Part shown: positions 1 through 12,240 of the stretch, in pieces
Layout of the letters: each line of letters begins with the position of its first letter
Numbering within the stretch: position 1 is the stretch's first letter
Source of the DNA: Tubulanus polymorphus
Lineage: Eukaryota; Animalia; Nemertea
Length of the DNA stretch: 64,000 bases
Reading direction: 5' to 3'
NCBI RefSeq assembly: GCF_964204645.1
Contig: NC_134026.1
Span: forward strand, 13,886,050-13,950,049
Notes under the pieces: generated by a model
The model's input: only the letters and a program-made list of their open reading frames with translations
Database searches by the model: none
Told to the model about the DNA's origin: nothing
Translations under genes and position numbers: made by a program

Positions 1-570
1 ACTAGGAATGAGTACTGATGACACAAAGATGGCCGCCAATTGCGTCATAATTGGCTGATCAAAAATACCTCAGGTATAAAACATCCCTTTCCAAAGAATA
101 CCCATCAGCAATTGCAATGACAAATGGCAAACCAGTAGGAAGCTACAGGACTAAGAATTCTGGCCAAAATTGACATTTTTGGGCACAAAAAGGTCATAGG
201 ACGGCCATCTTGAGTCCGATTGACCAAATTTATGCTGATGGGCCCTGGGGGGATTCAATTATATAAGAAAGATCAAGGTAATTGATCAAATCGTCTTCAA
301 AATTTCACTCAAAAAGGTCAAAAACTTGTAACAGGTGCTGATTTTGGCGAACAACAATGGCTGCCAGTCGGCCATCTTGATTCAGACAGGGCCAGTTTTT
401 GGGCTGAAGTGCCTAGGGTAGATACACGTGTAACCCAAATATCAAGATATTAAATTGAAGCGTCTTCAAAACTTCCCAAAATAACTGGATTCTGTCTACG
501 GACGGACGGATGAACGGACGAAAAGTGAACGCAATAGCCCGCTGGGACTGAAGTCCCAAGTGGGCTAAAA
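1..570 (-). mobile_element. Helentron-type non-autonomous element (HINE/DINE-1-like), family A, terminal part
   Basis: Ends in a (GGAC)n microsatellite then AGCCCGCTGGGACTGAAGTCCCAAGTGGGCTAAAA (hairpin plus subTIR CCAAGTGGGC). Homologous to 13290-13708, 34556-35115, 42130-42225 and 60674-62735. The opposite end with hairpin GTCCAGGGAC and subTIR GCCCACTTGG is at 60674-60706. Confidence 0.7.
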
Positions 571-1037
571 CAGAGCTGATTTCACTTTCCCTGATTGATA
601 TTCTCAGAGCAATCCATTTCTTGACTGACGCAGACACCAAACTCAAGGTCATTGGGTAAAATTATGAATTTAGGAATTATTAATAAACAAATGGCGAACC
701 CTTTATCTAGTTCGGTGTCTGTATTTTCAGTTCGGTGTCTGTATTTTCATCGCAAGATTAATTCGACGAATACATCTAAAAAAATTCTAGCAAACGTTGT
801 CAGAGCGCAATAATGATAATACATTTTTTGTAAAAAATTAAGTGGATAAATAATAATCGACGATTGCAAGAGAGTTTTCTGTGAAACAACGGAAAACCCT
901 AATGATTACTTTAATCTCAGCAAGCAATGATATAACAACGTAGTACATACCTTCAAAAATGCTGCAGCATTACAACAGTCACCCCCTACATTTGTCATAG
1001 CTATATTAGTTAGATCGGCTAATTCTGACTTCTTCAC

Positions 1038-1250
1038 TTGTTGGGTATAGAATTCCCACAATGGCATTCGCCAAACACGATCACCAGACTTAATTCCAGC
1101 CTAAAAAAGTTTTGCCAAAACATAACATGGATAATTTGTGTTTTGAAATGTACCATTTTCTACAGGATTAGATCTAGACAACTGGAGAACATTAACATCA
1201 ATATCTACAAAGAGAAAGCTAATAAAAACTTCTGGACTATTTAAAGGTGA
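1038..1250 (+). mobile_element. Probable 3' tail fragment of a Tx1/L1-like LINE
   Basis: 1125-1250 aligns by eye with 20350-20470 (e.g. ACTTCTGGACTATTTAAAGGTGAAAA vs ACTACCGGACTATTTACACGTAGAAAAA), which lies at the 3' end of the Tx1-like element. Confidence 0.4.
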
Positions 1251-2704
1251 AAATAAATTGCCCATGGGCAAAGTGTGGTTTACTTTGAAAGCTAGAGGTT
1301 GTTTGGAATAAGGGCATTGCTTGAAAAATCTTTTCAATTCGTGACTTCAAAGTTCCACAAGTTTATATTGTATTTTATCTTTCTTAAAGAATTATTTTGT
1401 AGTCAAATAAGACCAAAGATATAGATTTGGTTACGGTCCACGTCCAAAAGTTTGTAGGGTACAGGTAGGCGCGGCAGGGAAACTATTCTATATTTTCAAA
1501 AAAAATATGTTTCACAATATGAAAAAAATATTCAAATAAGGCCATCCCAAAATAATTGTCTGTTTGCCGTAACACCGGCTCAACTTTTCATGATGAGTCC
1601 GTAGGTAGGAAAACTTCAATTAGGCCACATTGACAAGGCATGTTTTCAGACGACGCAAACTTGAATTCAAACATATGTAGCTCATACATCGGCAGTGGGT
1701 CGGTCGGTCGGCCATTTTTATCAAAAATAAAATTTATTTCAATGAATCCCAGGAAAAAAGTTTTCACTCGGTACCTTTGAAGTCGGGTCAGTCGGGTTAC
1801 GGCAAACAGACCATTAATATGGGATGGCCTAAAATTCATATGATGTCACATATCAGAGGGTGGCTGAATATTGGGTCTTGGAAACCTCTTCCAATGTTGG
1901 TCGCGGAAGTTAAAATACCGGTATAGAAGAAATTGGCTATTAGATCGTTTTAAATCCTGGAATTTACGACTACAATATTCAGACCTCGACCTATACTTGT
2001 AGTTTGCTGCTTAATATTTTCAGGTGACAAGAAATTACAATTTATTACAAATTCTATCAAACAGAAAACACAGCGCTCATCTTCTGCTGCGATTATTCAG
2101 CCTATTTTCATGTCAAATGTGCATGCGTTACAGCATCACGTGTACTGTACGAGCTTGTGTGTATGTCATCTAGCACCCCGGGCAAACATGGAGGCCTCGG
2201 GTAAGTGAATGTTCGCTTACACTTCAATGTCAATCAAAACAATCACCGGGCATTAAAATGAAACATTACCTATGGTGGATGTGTGAAATAATTACATCCT
2301 CACCAACAATGAGCATTTGAATTCGCACGTATACGGCACCTAGTCCAACGAAACGTACGCCATTCTATGGCTTTCCTGTAATTATTTTAGTAGTGCCGGA
2401 ATTCCCCGCATATCCCAAAAACAGCCAATCCCATTCACTCGTTGAGACGACGCCCCCAATCGAGGTCATTGCAATTTTATACGCGATAGCTAAGAATTTT
2501 CCCACAAAAAAAAAAGTTTTTCGTAGAATTTTAACTCAGTTGACCATGTCATTGACGGAGGTTCGCCATGTCTTCAATCGCATCGATTATACATCGTCTA
2601 AGTCGAGACCCAACGAAACAAATGCTCACATAAAAATATGTACCACGATTTTACATAAATTGGCTCAGTGCCAACATCATATCGCTGACAAAGGTAAACC
2701 AAAA
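1251..2704 (-). mobile_element. HINE-like element, family B, copy 1
   Basis: One end has palindrome TTGCCCATGGGCAA plus subTIR GGTTTAC(C/T)TT; the other is AAGGTAAACCAAAA. A/T-run flanks, no TSD. Colinear copies at 29749-31497 and 50233-51990. The terminal part is duplicated at 2741-2860. Confidence 0.75.
1540..1829. mobile_element. PIF/Harbinger (Tourist-like) MITE, internally deleted, nested in HINE-B
   Basis: About 33-bp TIR GGCCATCCCAAAATAAT..GTCTGTTTGCCGTAAC, flanked by TAA/TAA. This site is empty in the 29749-31497 copy. Confidence 0.8.
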
Positions 2705-3219
2705 ATACAACAACAACAAAATAAATTGCCTAGTTGCTAAGTTGACCATGTCATCGATGGAGGTTCGCCATGTCTTCAATCGCATCAATTATACGTCATT
2801 TAGACAAAGAACTAATGAAACAAACGCTCACATAAAAAAGCTGACAATGGTAAACCAAAATGTAAACCCCCTATACATATATTTATATAGTTCATTTTTA
2901 GTCAGAGGTTTAATGATTCAGGAAAATCAACTTTGATAAGTTATCTTAATGGTTTTACGATTTTCTGTCCCTACTATTTTTCAATGTAAATAATCAGGAT
3001 AGCAGTTACAATTTTCCAATTCGGCGTTACCACTCAGGCAGAGTCTACTGCATCATGCATTCATTCTACCAAGTACATATGATCTCTGTTGATCTAGGCC
3101 AAGCTGTGATTTAAATATTTCTTAGTATCTCCTAGGTGAAATTTAATAAATTGAGCACATAGCTCTCGTCCAGAAGCTTAATCTGATACCTGTTCGTTTT
3201 ATTTGATCCGTGCCATTCA

Positions 3220-3529
3220 TCTCTGCGGCTAAGCCAATCATAGAGGAATCTCTGCGGCTAAGCCAATCATAGAGAAGTCTTTGCTTTCTGATTAGCTTTT
3301 TAAAACCAATATTTTTGCGTTCAGATTTTCGCAAAAAGCTCATATAAATTTAAACGTGGCATTTTTTCAAAATTCAGCTTCATAGGATTTGGAGAATGGA
3401 TAATACTTTAATGAATGATTTGTATGAATATATGCTCAGTTGCACAGTCAAATGGCCTTAGCTCTGGAAACCATATGTCATTTAAATTTGCACCATAAGT
3501 AATAGGCTCAGCCTACGACTGGCCTAAAA
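3220..3529 (-). mobile_element. HINE-like element, family C, terminal fragment
   Basis: Homologous to 29510-29748, 46060-46350 and 55060-55293. Ends ATAGGCTCAGCCTACGACTGGCCTAAAA. Contains a tandem duplication of CTCTGCGGCTAAGCCAATCATAGAG. Confidence 0.6.
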
Positions 3530-4070
3530 TACCTTGTTTCACATTTCTGCCCAGCTTAAATCTGACCAGCCCGGCCACTCATACCCCATCCATTCCCCGT
3601 CATTTTCCAATGACACAAACCCCATTCCAATATGTAAATCGGAAGCTAATTCCATAAAAGCTACATTTATACCGGGAGGTAACGCTACACTTACCTGTTC
3701 CATGTGCTCCCACATTGAGGAAGAATTTGAAAATACTCCGGCAGCAGCACATCCGATTCCAGCAACAACTGATCCTTGAGGAAACAAGAAAGAAACCCTG
3801 GTCACTGATGGTTTAACCTGGTTTTATGATACCAAGCAGCACAAACGATAGTTATCTATCTTGTCGTACTATTTACCGATAAGAAATGTCTTATACTTTG
3901 TAGCAATGAATCTTAATTGCATCGAATCAGCAATCTGACTGACAAGAAGTGGTTTTAATATGCAACCAATATCAGCACAATGTGTTAAATATGTCCATAT
4001 ACTTTAAGCTTAAATGAATATAACTTTTTCAAGAATAGGGCAAATAAAATCAGAAAGTGGCGTAATGCAT

Positions 4071-5760
4071 AATAAGAGGGCCATGGGCCTTGAAGCATTG
4101 GTATATTATACTGTGGTATTAAGTGGTTATAATGTTTTACATCTGCCGGAAAATCTTCTATGCCGATGTTGATTGGGAGGACCACAGACTTGAAGGTCTA
4201 TTTGTCTAGTACGATTTTATTCCTGAAAATGAATTTATTTTCTGCCGAACGATTTAGCCTAGGCTATATGTACTGTTAAACCTCATAAATGCGATTCTGT
4301 TAAAAAGACGAAACTAGTTTATTCTGATGTTTTCCATCATGTCCCAGCGAAGATATTTATATCAATCAAGATTTGGATACAAAAACCCATTTTTACGCAT
4401 GAACTGTTAGGCCCCACTGAATAATGAAAAAAAAAACAGAACGATTTTTCTGAATGTAATTGCAAGACCCTCTGATCTTAGAGCTCCAAGCTCTGATGCA
4501 TGTACGCATGCAAAACGTCACAGAGAGCGATGCCGGCGTTGGTGTCACTGAGGCCGGCTGATGATTGTTTGTTTGTCTTTTTGTTTGTTTGGCTTTACGT
4601 ACGTCGTTTGGATCTTTGTTTCCCAAGACTATTCCTATTGGATTGTTCATTTAACCTCACGACGGTACGGCCTTTGAAGTGTTGCCCGCACACTGTTCGC
4701 AGCTAGCAGGACTCGAACCCACTTGTCACTCAGCATTGATAGTGGATTCAACAGCATCACGCCTTATCTCACTGAGCTACCGAGGCCGCTCGATTCAATT
4801 CCAAAAAACTACAGCAGCGGGAAATAACCATCGCAATATTGCAATTTACGACAAACAACGCATAAATTCAATCACTGTTGTTTAACGCATGGAAAAGATA
4901 ATAAAAGGTATTTTTTCCCGCCCGGCGCGCATTACAAAGCGAATCTCTGCCGAGTGCGTAAGAGGGTGCGACCGCCTTATGAGTGCGCAGCAGGTGGGTA
5001 GGGCGTCCTAAAGTGAAAACTTATATTAGAATATAGCCGAATCAAATTTGACAATGTCAGTCAACCGATTGATGATACAACATGGTTGTTCTCGGCGTAC
5101 TTAACAATGATATTTTCCTCCAATAAACAACTCTGGTAAAATTGAATAAAATGATCTATCTTTATTGGTAATATCGTATCATGGTGGTAGCCTACCATTT
5201 ACCGATTGATGTTTCGTGTCATCATGAAATGGTTTTAACTTTAGTAAAGGCGTTCCCGCTCGATCACATACGGGTTTCAGTCACGAGTAGGCTGCCGTTC
5301 CACTGCTCTAGAAATACGTATTCTGACGCTGAGAATTAATCCCAAATAATCCCATGGATACTGATAGTTGGAATAACAGTGATATCCAAACACTGTGATA
5401 TTTATAAACCGGAGGTACATAATTTTATGTTTTTCTATTCAGAAGAGGCTGTTCCCCATTCTTTACTGCCAATGTCAATGCGGATATATCGCTACGCAAT
5501 TGTTTAACCGGCTCTCATCTACCAGATAATGAACGAGAAAAATGCGATCGAATGATTTTTTGGACCATTAAATCAGAAATCTGGCGACGCTATGTTGTGG
5601 GGAATAATTGAAACATTTTTTTTAGTCATTTTCAGCCGTTTCTAATGTTTTACGTGAACGGAGGGACAATTTGAAGTTACTATGAAAATGAGAAAAGTCG
5701 GCGCCATTTTCGTTCCATTTTACTAGCATTGGCATGACGTCATAGACGTCAACCAATGCC
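4071..5760 (-). mobile_element. HINE-like element, family D, copy 1
   Basis: Hairpin GG(G/C)CCATGGGCC plus subTIR GCATTGG at one end; AGCATTGG..CCAATGC inverted pair at the other. Full-length homolog at 31895-33678. Confidence 0.75.
4563..4789 (-). mobile_element. tRNA-derived SINE embedded in HINE-D
   Basis: Minus strand has an A-box-like GGTAGCTCAGTGAG, B box GGTTCGAGTCC and an (AAAC)n-like tail. Also present at 32463-32680. Confidence 0.7.
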
Positions 5761-5890
5761 AGTGAATCCATTGCCCGAGTAAGTTTGTTGTTCTTTTGTT
5801 CGGGATAAATTTCCCCTTTATAGCCTATCGTCGGAGCGTAGATCATCCTTAAATGAGGTATTAGAGATTTAGAAGACAGGATCGTTACAC

Positions 5891-5912
5891 TGGTGGCAGC
5901 GTCAATGGGATT
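5891..5912 (+). promoter_or_regulatory. Primer binding site, likely tRNA-Leu
   Basis: TGGTGGCAGCG..TGGGATT just after the LTR-terminal CA, complementary to the 3' end of metazoan tRNA-Leu. Confidence 0.7.
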
Positions 5913-6188
5913 GGAGCCTTACGGCCGAATTATTGTCGAGTTGAATCACTACCCTTAGTTTTTCAAGAAGCGTGTGTGTGAGTAGTGTGTCTGACCTACT
6001 TCCTTACGCCTGCGTATCGCGGATACTCTTCAGTAGTTAAACCGTTGTTATACGCTTGCTTTAAATAGCGGGAATAATTTCAGACACTAGCTACAGTTTA
6101 TTCATAAAGGTTGAGAGGTTCATAAAATAACTTTTGAAATTTTATTTTTAAATCAGTTTTTGTTCAGTATATTACATACACATTAGGA

Positions 6189-7129
6189 ATGACTCATTCT
6201 GACCAGGATGCAGGCCAACCAAGTGCGGCCCAGGAAGGGGTCAATCCAACTGCAGGTTTGGATGATTTTTTAAGCTCAATTACCACATTTGTCTCCCGTA
6301 GCATAAAAAGGGAATCTGAATCCCCATCAGGGACCAGGGAGGATGCCCGTGGAAAAATTCTGTGCCCCAAAATGTACAGTATGGGGCATAATTTTCCCGT
6401 CTGGTTAGAGCATTTTGAGAGCTACTGCACATTGTCCGGTGTATGTAGTAGTGAGCTTAAGAAACAACATTTACTAACGTACCTGGACCACGAGTCATAC
6501 CAGGCGGTTAAAAACCTCGTCTCGCCCCATCCCTGGATTACAATACTTTTGTTGAGGGGATAAAGAACCGTATGTCATTGACACAGTCAGCTTCCGATTT
6601 CAAAATGATGTTGAAATCTCGAGAGCAGAAACCCCAAGAAAACATCAGGCACTATGCGGATGCATTGACAGAACTCGCGCAGAGCGCATACCCAGGGGTT
6701 GATCACAGTTTGCAGGATCAGTTGGCACATGACCAATTCTTGGCAGGTGTGGCGGTACCCTCGAGTGTTAGGGAGCAGTTGTACGTGGCTTAGCCACAGT
6801 CCCTATCGTAGGCTGTGTCATTAGCTCGGGGTCATGAGACTGCGTGGCGCCTGACTGAGAGACAAGAGTCCAGACCCAATTGTCGACATGTAAATGATGT
6901 GAAGGCCAGTCAGACGGATGAGCTACTTTAGGAACTCATGGGCCTCGTCCAGGGTTTGAATGTCCGGATGGACTGTTTTGGAGGACAGGGTAAACACACA
7001 GACTCAGTCCAACTCCAAATCCATGCTGGTGGTGTCGAGAACCGGACCATACAGCGGATACATGTCCACAGGTTACATGTTTATACATGTTCCGGTAGAG
7101 GTCATTATGCCAAAAACTGCCCCGGGTAA
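6189..7129 (+). pseudogene. gag: Gypsy gag (frameshifted)
   Basis: WLEHFESYC..KKQHLLTYL; SREQKPQENIRHYADALTELAQSAYP..DQFLAG; knuckles CWWCREPDHTADTC and TCSGRGHYAKNCP. Confidence 0.85.
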
Positions 7130-7559
7130 CAGGGAAAGGATTACAGGTGGTCCACTAGGGGGCAAGGGAATCGCCTCCACACCGTAGAATCCGGAAACAT
7201 GTTCCTTCATCTGTAAGCGATTCCGTACATGATAAGAGCCCAAATTGTAAATAGTTCACTAGACCCTTGCGTAAGGGAAATTGTAGGGAACGAAATCTTT
7301 GGTGAAACCGATACGACAGGTCATACATATCTGGAAAAGCAGGCAACTTCAAAAGTTTTAACTCCTTACCCAGATACCTCACTGTCGGTCGGTCAACCAG
7401 GTGATGGAATTTCGGATGGTTCTCCTCTGAGGCAGGAGACACTTTCAAATGTTTTACCTCAGTGCCCAGATAACTTTCAGTTGATAAAGTCACACGAAGA
7501 TACGGTCACAACCACAATAACAACTTTCAATAGGTCCGAGCTGCCCCGTGGCTGAGAAA

Positions 7560-9111
7560 TTGGTCCGTCATGTCGATTTTAGAGACACTGGGCTTTACTG
7601 CTCTGGTGTTCCTAATGGTTCAACACGTACGTCTATACTCTAGACTTTGTTAAAAACCTCTTTCTGGGAGAAGAGTCGTAGGACCGGTCAGGGAAATCTG
7701 CTGCCAGTCGACTTTGAATAAGCCACTGCCACGGGCGCGAACATGAAGGTTCATGGGGTGGCCAAGGTAGAACTTCAGTTGGGAACCTGTAGATTCATGG
7801 TCCCCTAGTAATAGCCGATGACTGAGCTCAGGAGTGCCTGTTAGGTAGTGACTTCTTTGAACAGAATGGTTGCATTATTTATTACCCTGGTAGAGTTCTT
7901 GAGTATGACCTTACCCATGTACCATTGGAGACCAAGGATGCACGACTTGTTATATCCCTGGAGGACATAAGGTCGTGGCCACTGCATATTTCAAGCAGAG
8001 ATATAGTGTTTTTGTTGGTATGGTTGGTCGTGGGAACCGTACTCCGTGCCTGGCTGGCAAATATCCGGTATGTCCGCGGGATAGGAAGGTAGCAATCCGC
8101 AAATGGCCAATTTTTTTAGATGAAACCATTAGGGTTCGTCGAGGGGAGTTTGTGGGTATTTTCTTGCCTATCGAATCTGACCGGTGGCTACTGGCAAGTG
8201 GTGATCCAAGAATGTGACAAACCTTAAACAGCTTTTTGTTCTGAGAACCGTTTGTGGGAATGGAATGTTATGCCATTTGGTCTCACAAATGCTCCAGCCT
8301 GTTTCACACGGCTTATGTCATTGGCTCTCGACAAGGTGTCATGGAAAACAGCCTTGATCTATCTCCATGACGTCATAGTCGACTCTGCTGATGTGGTACC
8401 CCACATTTCTAAGCTGTCAGAGGTATTCAGTCGTTTCAAAGCAGCTACTATGAAATTGAAGCCAAGAAAATGTCACCTCCTCCAAAAGCGGTTAAGATTC
8501 CTGAACCACGCCGTGAGCGGGAGCAGAATTGAAACTGACCAGGCAAAAGTTGACAATGTCCAAGGTTGGCCAGCCCCTAGCAATGTATCAGTAGCACGAA
8601 GTTTCACTGGCCTCGTCACTTCATCCAAGATCTATCATGGGATATGCAGAAATGTGTAAACCCTGTCAAAGATGGGTCAGCCTTTCGAATGGGGTATCAG
8701 TCAGCAAAGAGCATTCGAACAAATTAAAAATTCATTGACAAGCTTTCCTGACTTTTCAGAGGGATCGGGGAAATTCATAGTTGATTGTGATGCTAGTAAC
8801 TGGGCTATAGGTTCATTTCTTTCGCAGTTGCAAGGAAATCAAACAGAACGAGTAATAGCATATGGGGGTCGAGTTTTGAGAGGCGGGGAGGAGAACTGTT
8901 GCGCCACGAGGTGAGAAATGCTTGCTCTAGTCGAATCAATTCATTATTTCCGCCACAACTTAATGGGCGGTAAGTTCCTTGTCCGGACTAACCACACAGC
9001 CCTAAAGTGGCTTCAGTCATCCAATATTCAATCAGGCCAAGAAGCCTGCTGGAATGAAAGGCTGGCAGACTACGATTTCGACATTGAGCACAGGTCCGGT
9101 GTCAAGAGTAA
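7560..9111 (+). pseudogene. pol: Gypsy pol: protease, partial RT, RNase H (disrupted; N-terminal RT deleted)
   Basis: DTG near 7583; ECLLGSDFF near 7830; SGYWQV; WNVMPFGLTNAPACF; YLHD in place of YLDD; FIVDCDASNWAIG; TNHTALKWL; DYDFDIEHRSG. Confidence 0.9.
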
Positions 9112-10300
9112 TGTGACCGGATGCCTCAATACCAAAAACGGAAGCCGGATTTTAAAAAAAGAATACAAGTGTATTACACTATGTACAATTAGACGCAATA
9201 CTTAAATCACAATTCACACATGAGCGTTGGTAACTGGCAGCCTATGATCGGAGGAAAAGACTCTCGGCACTGATGATTACGATATCAGTTGAATACCCCT
9301 AGTTACAACCAGGTCAATTCAGGATTGGCACTGGCAGCCGACGAACAAAAATTCTCGGCACTGGCGATAATCTAAGTTTAATGCAATTCATAATCATAAT
9401 CTTAAAGTTAGGTCTTAGCTATCTATATCTATTCACCCATTCGCTGCTGAGGCCTATTTTGGCCCTGTGTGAGCATTTTTGTCAAAATTTGACTTTTTCT
9501 TTAAATAACTGCAATTAATCTATTTTTCACATATGAAACGCATAAAACTAATTGTGAATATATATTTTCACGATTTTGACATTTGGCGTCCCATAGCGGC
9601 CATTTTGATACATATGGCTGACCATACTAAAAACAACCATTTTCCGAAAAAAGTCACTAAAAAGCGAAAATAAAAACCAATAAAATGATTATGGAGAGCT
9701 GGCAGCACCGTACGGTAAGAAGGGTTATATAATGACAATAAAAAAAAATTTCAAATTTTTGGTTATTATTTCCATTTTTTACACCCATGAGCAATCTACA
9801 AGATTTTGATACAATTTTTGAAAGATTTTTTTTTGGAAAGTGCTGGCAATTCAAAATAAAACGATCGGCATTGTGCTGCAGTCATTTTGAAAAGAATAGC
9901 TAATACGCGTGCTCTGCACAAAGTGACGCCATAGAAGCGTGCTGAGCAGGTCCATAGCACTGAAAGGGTTAACCGTCAAACGCTTATACTTTCTGAATCT
10001 TATACCTAGATTCTAGCACTAGAATTAAACAATTATGGAATTTATAGAACTATTCACCTACAACTCCATCTGAATATTTAATATTTAACTTTTCCATATT
10101 ATCATAGAATATTCTAGAGTATTAAACACAAGGAAGTTATTAGAGGAAAACCCTCAAACTAGCAAGGAAATTGTGTAAGAAAAATATCGAACTTACCCCA
10201 CGATGCGACCACAACATGCTCGTCATTGCATGAGTGTACACATGCAGGCTTATGGCGAAATGCGCGTTGAACCAGAGAAATATATAATACCCGACCAACA
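9112..10300. mobile_element. Solo-LTR-like insertion (TG...CA) interrupting Gypsy pol
   Basis: Starts TGTGACCGG and ends CCCGACCAACA. Removing it restores the in-frame pol sequence HRSGVKSNADSLS. No TSD seen. Confidence 0.55.
9436..9968. mobile_element. piggyBac-like non-autonomous element
   Basis: TTCA|CCCATTCGCTGCT ... AGCACTGAAAGGG|TTAA (degenerate TIRs, TTAA-type target). Confidence 0.65.
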
Positions 10301-11065
10301 CGCTGATTCACTCTCGCAGATTCCAAGAGGGTCAAGCGCCATATTAGTAAAAAACCAGGTAGTTCTGCCAAATGTGCTATTACCTAAGGTCCCTATCTCA
10401 CCTCGATAATAGTATTTCCGGTAGGCACTCAGGGACGACTAAGACAGAACGTAAAGTCTGCCAACAGTTTTGGTGTTTTGGACTGGCGAAGGCAGTCAAT
10501 AGCTTTGTCAAGCAATGCCGTAAATGTCAGCAATGCAAAACCCTTCTAAATGACCTAAAGCGCCACTGGTACCAACACCAATCAGTAGGAGAGGGCAAAG
10601 GCTGCATATCGACATTGTTGGCCCGCTGCAACGAACAAAACGTGGAAACGTTTATATAATTGTGGTGCAGGACGCTTTCACCAAGTGGGTTGAGGCCAGG
10701 CCAGTGAGATAACCCTACCACTGGACGTCTTAGCCCTCCTGAGGAACTTATCCACCTGACCAAGTTTAGCCAGGACATGTGTAGAAACCCGACTGAAGCT
10801 CATCAGAGAGTCCGTGACCGCCTTGGAAAGCCCAACGACGTCAGGCAGCAAATTACGATAGATTTGCTCAGCATGGGGGTACAATGTGGGTGACCGAGTA
10901 TGGAGGTATAGCCAGAGATATAGTCCAATAAGCGCTGGATGGGTCCTTACATAATTGTTGAGAAACTCACTGAGGTCACTTACCGGGTTCAGTTGGAGGA
11001 GGGTTTAGGGACCAAGGTTGGGACAGTGCGTTTAAATAACCTGAAGCTCTGTCATGCCCCATAGT
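10301..11065 (+). pseudogene. Gypsy integrase remnant
   Basis: HLDNSISGRHSG..CRKCQQCK zinc-binding region; LHIDIVGPL..VVQDAFTKWVEA; core partly deleted; WMGPYIIVEKL (GPY/F) near 10937. Confidence 0.85.
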
Positions 11066-11239
11066 AGAGGTTTCCCCAAACAAGTCGTGGATGAAAAAAC
11101 GGAGAGGCCTTTGAACCCACCAAACACCAGTCCATCCGAGGAGCCCTGAACAGTCTGAGTCAGCTCGTGGTCCAAGGAGGAGTTAACTCCTGATCGGAGT
11201 GACTGACAACGAGCCAGCTCCGCACATGTACGACCCTAA

Positions 11240-11886
11240 AATGGTTGTGGTGGGTGTGTTTATTCAGGCAATCAAGACTGCGGTCGCTTCGTCAAGGAGA
11301 TCGCCAATCCACCTCTCAACAAGCCGGTTTTAGGTTCTGAAAAGGACCTCATCCAGGTTTGTTGAGCAGTACGGTGGAATGGGCAGCGTTCTTGAACCGA
11401 AATTATCAGTATTTGGCAGTGCGGCGGAGGTCGGGTTAGCTGCAGATTTTACTCCTCAGTGACTCCATTTTCAAAGATTCCCAATCCACAAACGAACTGT
11501 TCATCATTGCTCACCCTGTGGAGCATCTGGAGCAGTTAGAGGAAGGGGTTAAAACAACAGGAGTCACCTGTTGTGCAGTCGTGGTTAAACACGGTATTAA
11601 TAACATTCGTATCTATGGCCAGACAACAGAGAATTTACTCACTGTACAATGTTCTGGCCAGAAAATACCCAAACCTTCCTCTGTTTCACCTTTGGATGCC
11701 CAAAGCTCCTGTTATGAGAGGAAACGAGAGACGGTGGTCCCCATAGACCGAATAAACACGCACTGCGAGAAAGCGGGATCTTTTTACCATAGAGCACCCC
11801 GACCTGGAGGAAGCAGACTTAGAGAGAATCCACAACCGTCATTTGGCTATGATGACTGTCACCCGGCATATCGTCACTGTGGTTAA
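11240..11886 (+). pseudogene. Putative SGNH/GDSL-hydrolase-like extra frame 3' of integrase
   Basis: In order: ISIWQCGGGRV (block II-like), AVVVKHGINNI (block III GxN-like), FGYDDCHP (block V DxxH-like). Block I GDS is not clearly preserved. Frameshifted. Confidence 0.4.
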
Positions 11887-12201
11887 GGGTCACTTGGAGA
11901 TATGATGTGGTAGTGGGGTGGGTATGGAAGGCGAAAGCCACCAAAACATGGTTATATGTCATTCGATAATAAAAAGGTTTAAATAGATGATGAAAACATA
12001 CAAAAAGATTGTGAAAACATATAAAAGGGTGATGAAAACATGAAAAACTGTCGAAAGGTGATAAAAAGTCAATTGATGGTATTTTATTATATTTTCATAT
12101 TTTATCACCTTTTCATCTCATACCACCTTTTCAATATCTTTTAACGATTGCCAATAGCAACCATTCGATGATACTACTAACGTCATCTATGTGCATATAG
12201 G

Positions 12202-12240
12202 CTATCAATCTACTATTTCTGGTAAATAGTAGATTGATAG
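12202..12240. repeat. Perfect 17-bp inverted repeat with a 5-nt loop
   Basis: CTATCAATCTACTATTT-CTGGT-AAATAGTAGATTGATAG. Confidence 0.9.

Larger units (their letters stand above)
5761..11927 (+). mobile_element. Degenerate Ty3/Gypsy LTR retrotransposon (partial 5' LTR, PBS, gag-PR-RT-RH-INT, extra 3' frame, PPT-like tract)
   Basis: LTR end TTACA at 5885-5889, then PBS; gag with CCHC knuckles; protease DTG and LLGSDF; RT MPFGLTNAP/YLHD; RNase H DCDAS; integrase HHCC and DIVGP..DAFTKW; G-rich tract near 11912-11925. Many stops and frameshifts. No 3' LTR recognised. Confidence 0.9.

Noticed and set aside
709-749. Short tandem duplications (also near 22446 and 27419)
   Set aside because: Ordinary slippage duplications.
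2393-2936. ORFs also seen at 31334 and 51756
   Set aside because: Chance frames within HINE-B; the frames are not conserved between copies.
3534-3805. Overlapping ORFs of 81 and 88 aa with a CxxC
   Set aside because: No recognisable domain or convincing splice context.
4699-4789. tRNA gene
   Set aside because: A and B boxes are present, but there is no convincing cloverleaf and it is followed by a SINE-like body and tail inside a repeat.
11926-12150. 3' LTR of the Gypsy element
   Set aside because: No similarity to the 5' LTR remnant; the region is a low-complexity imperfect palindrome.
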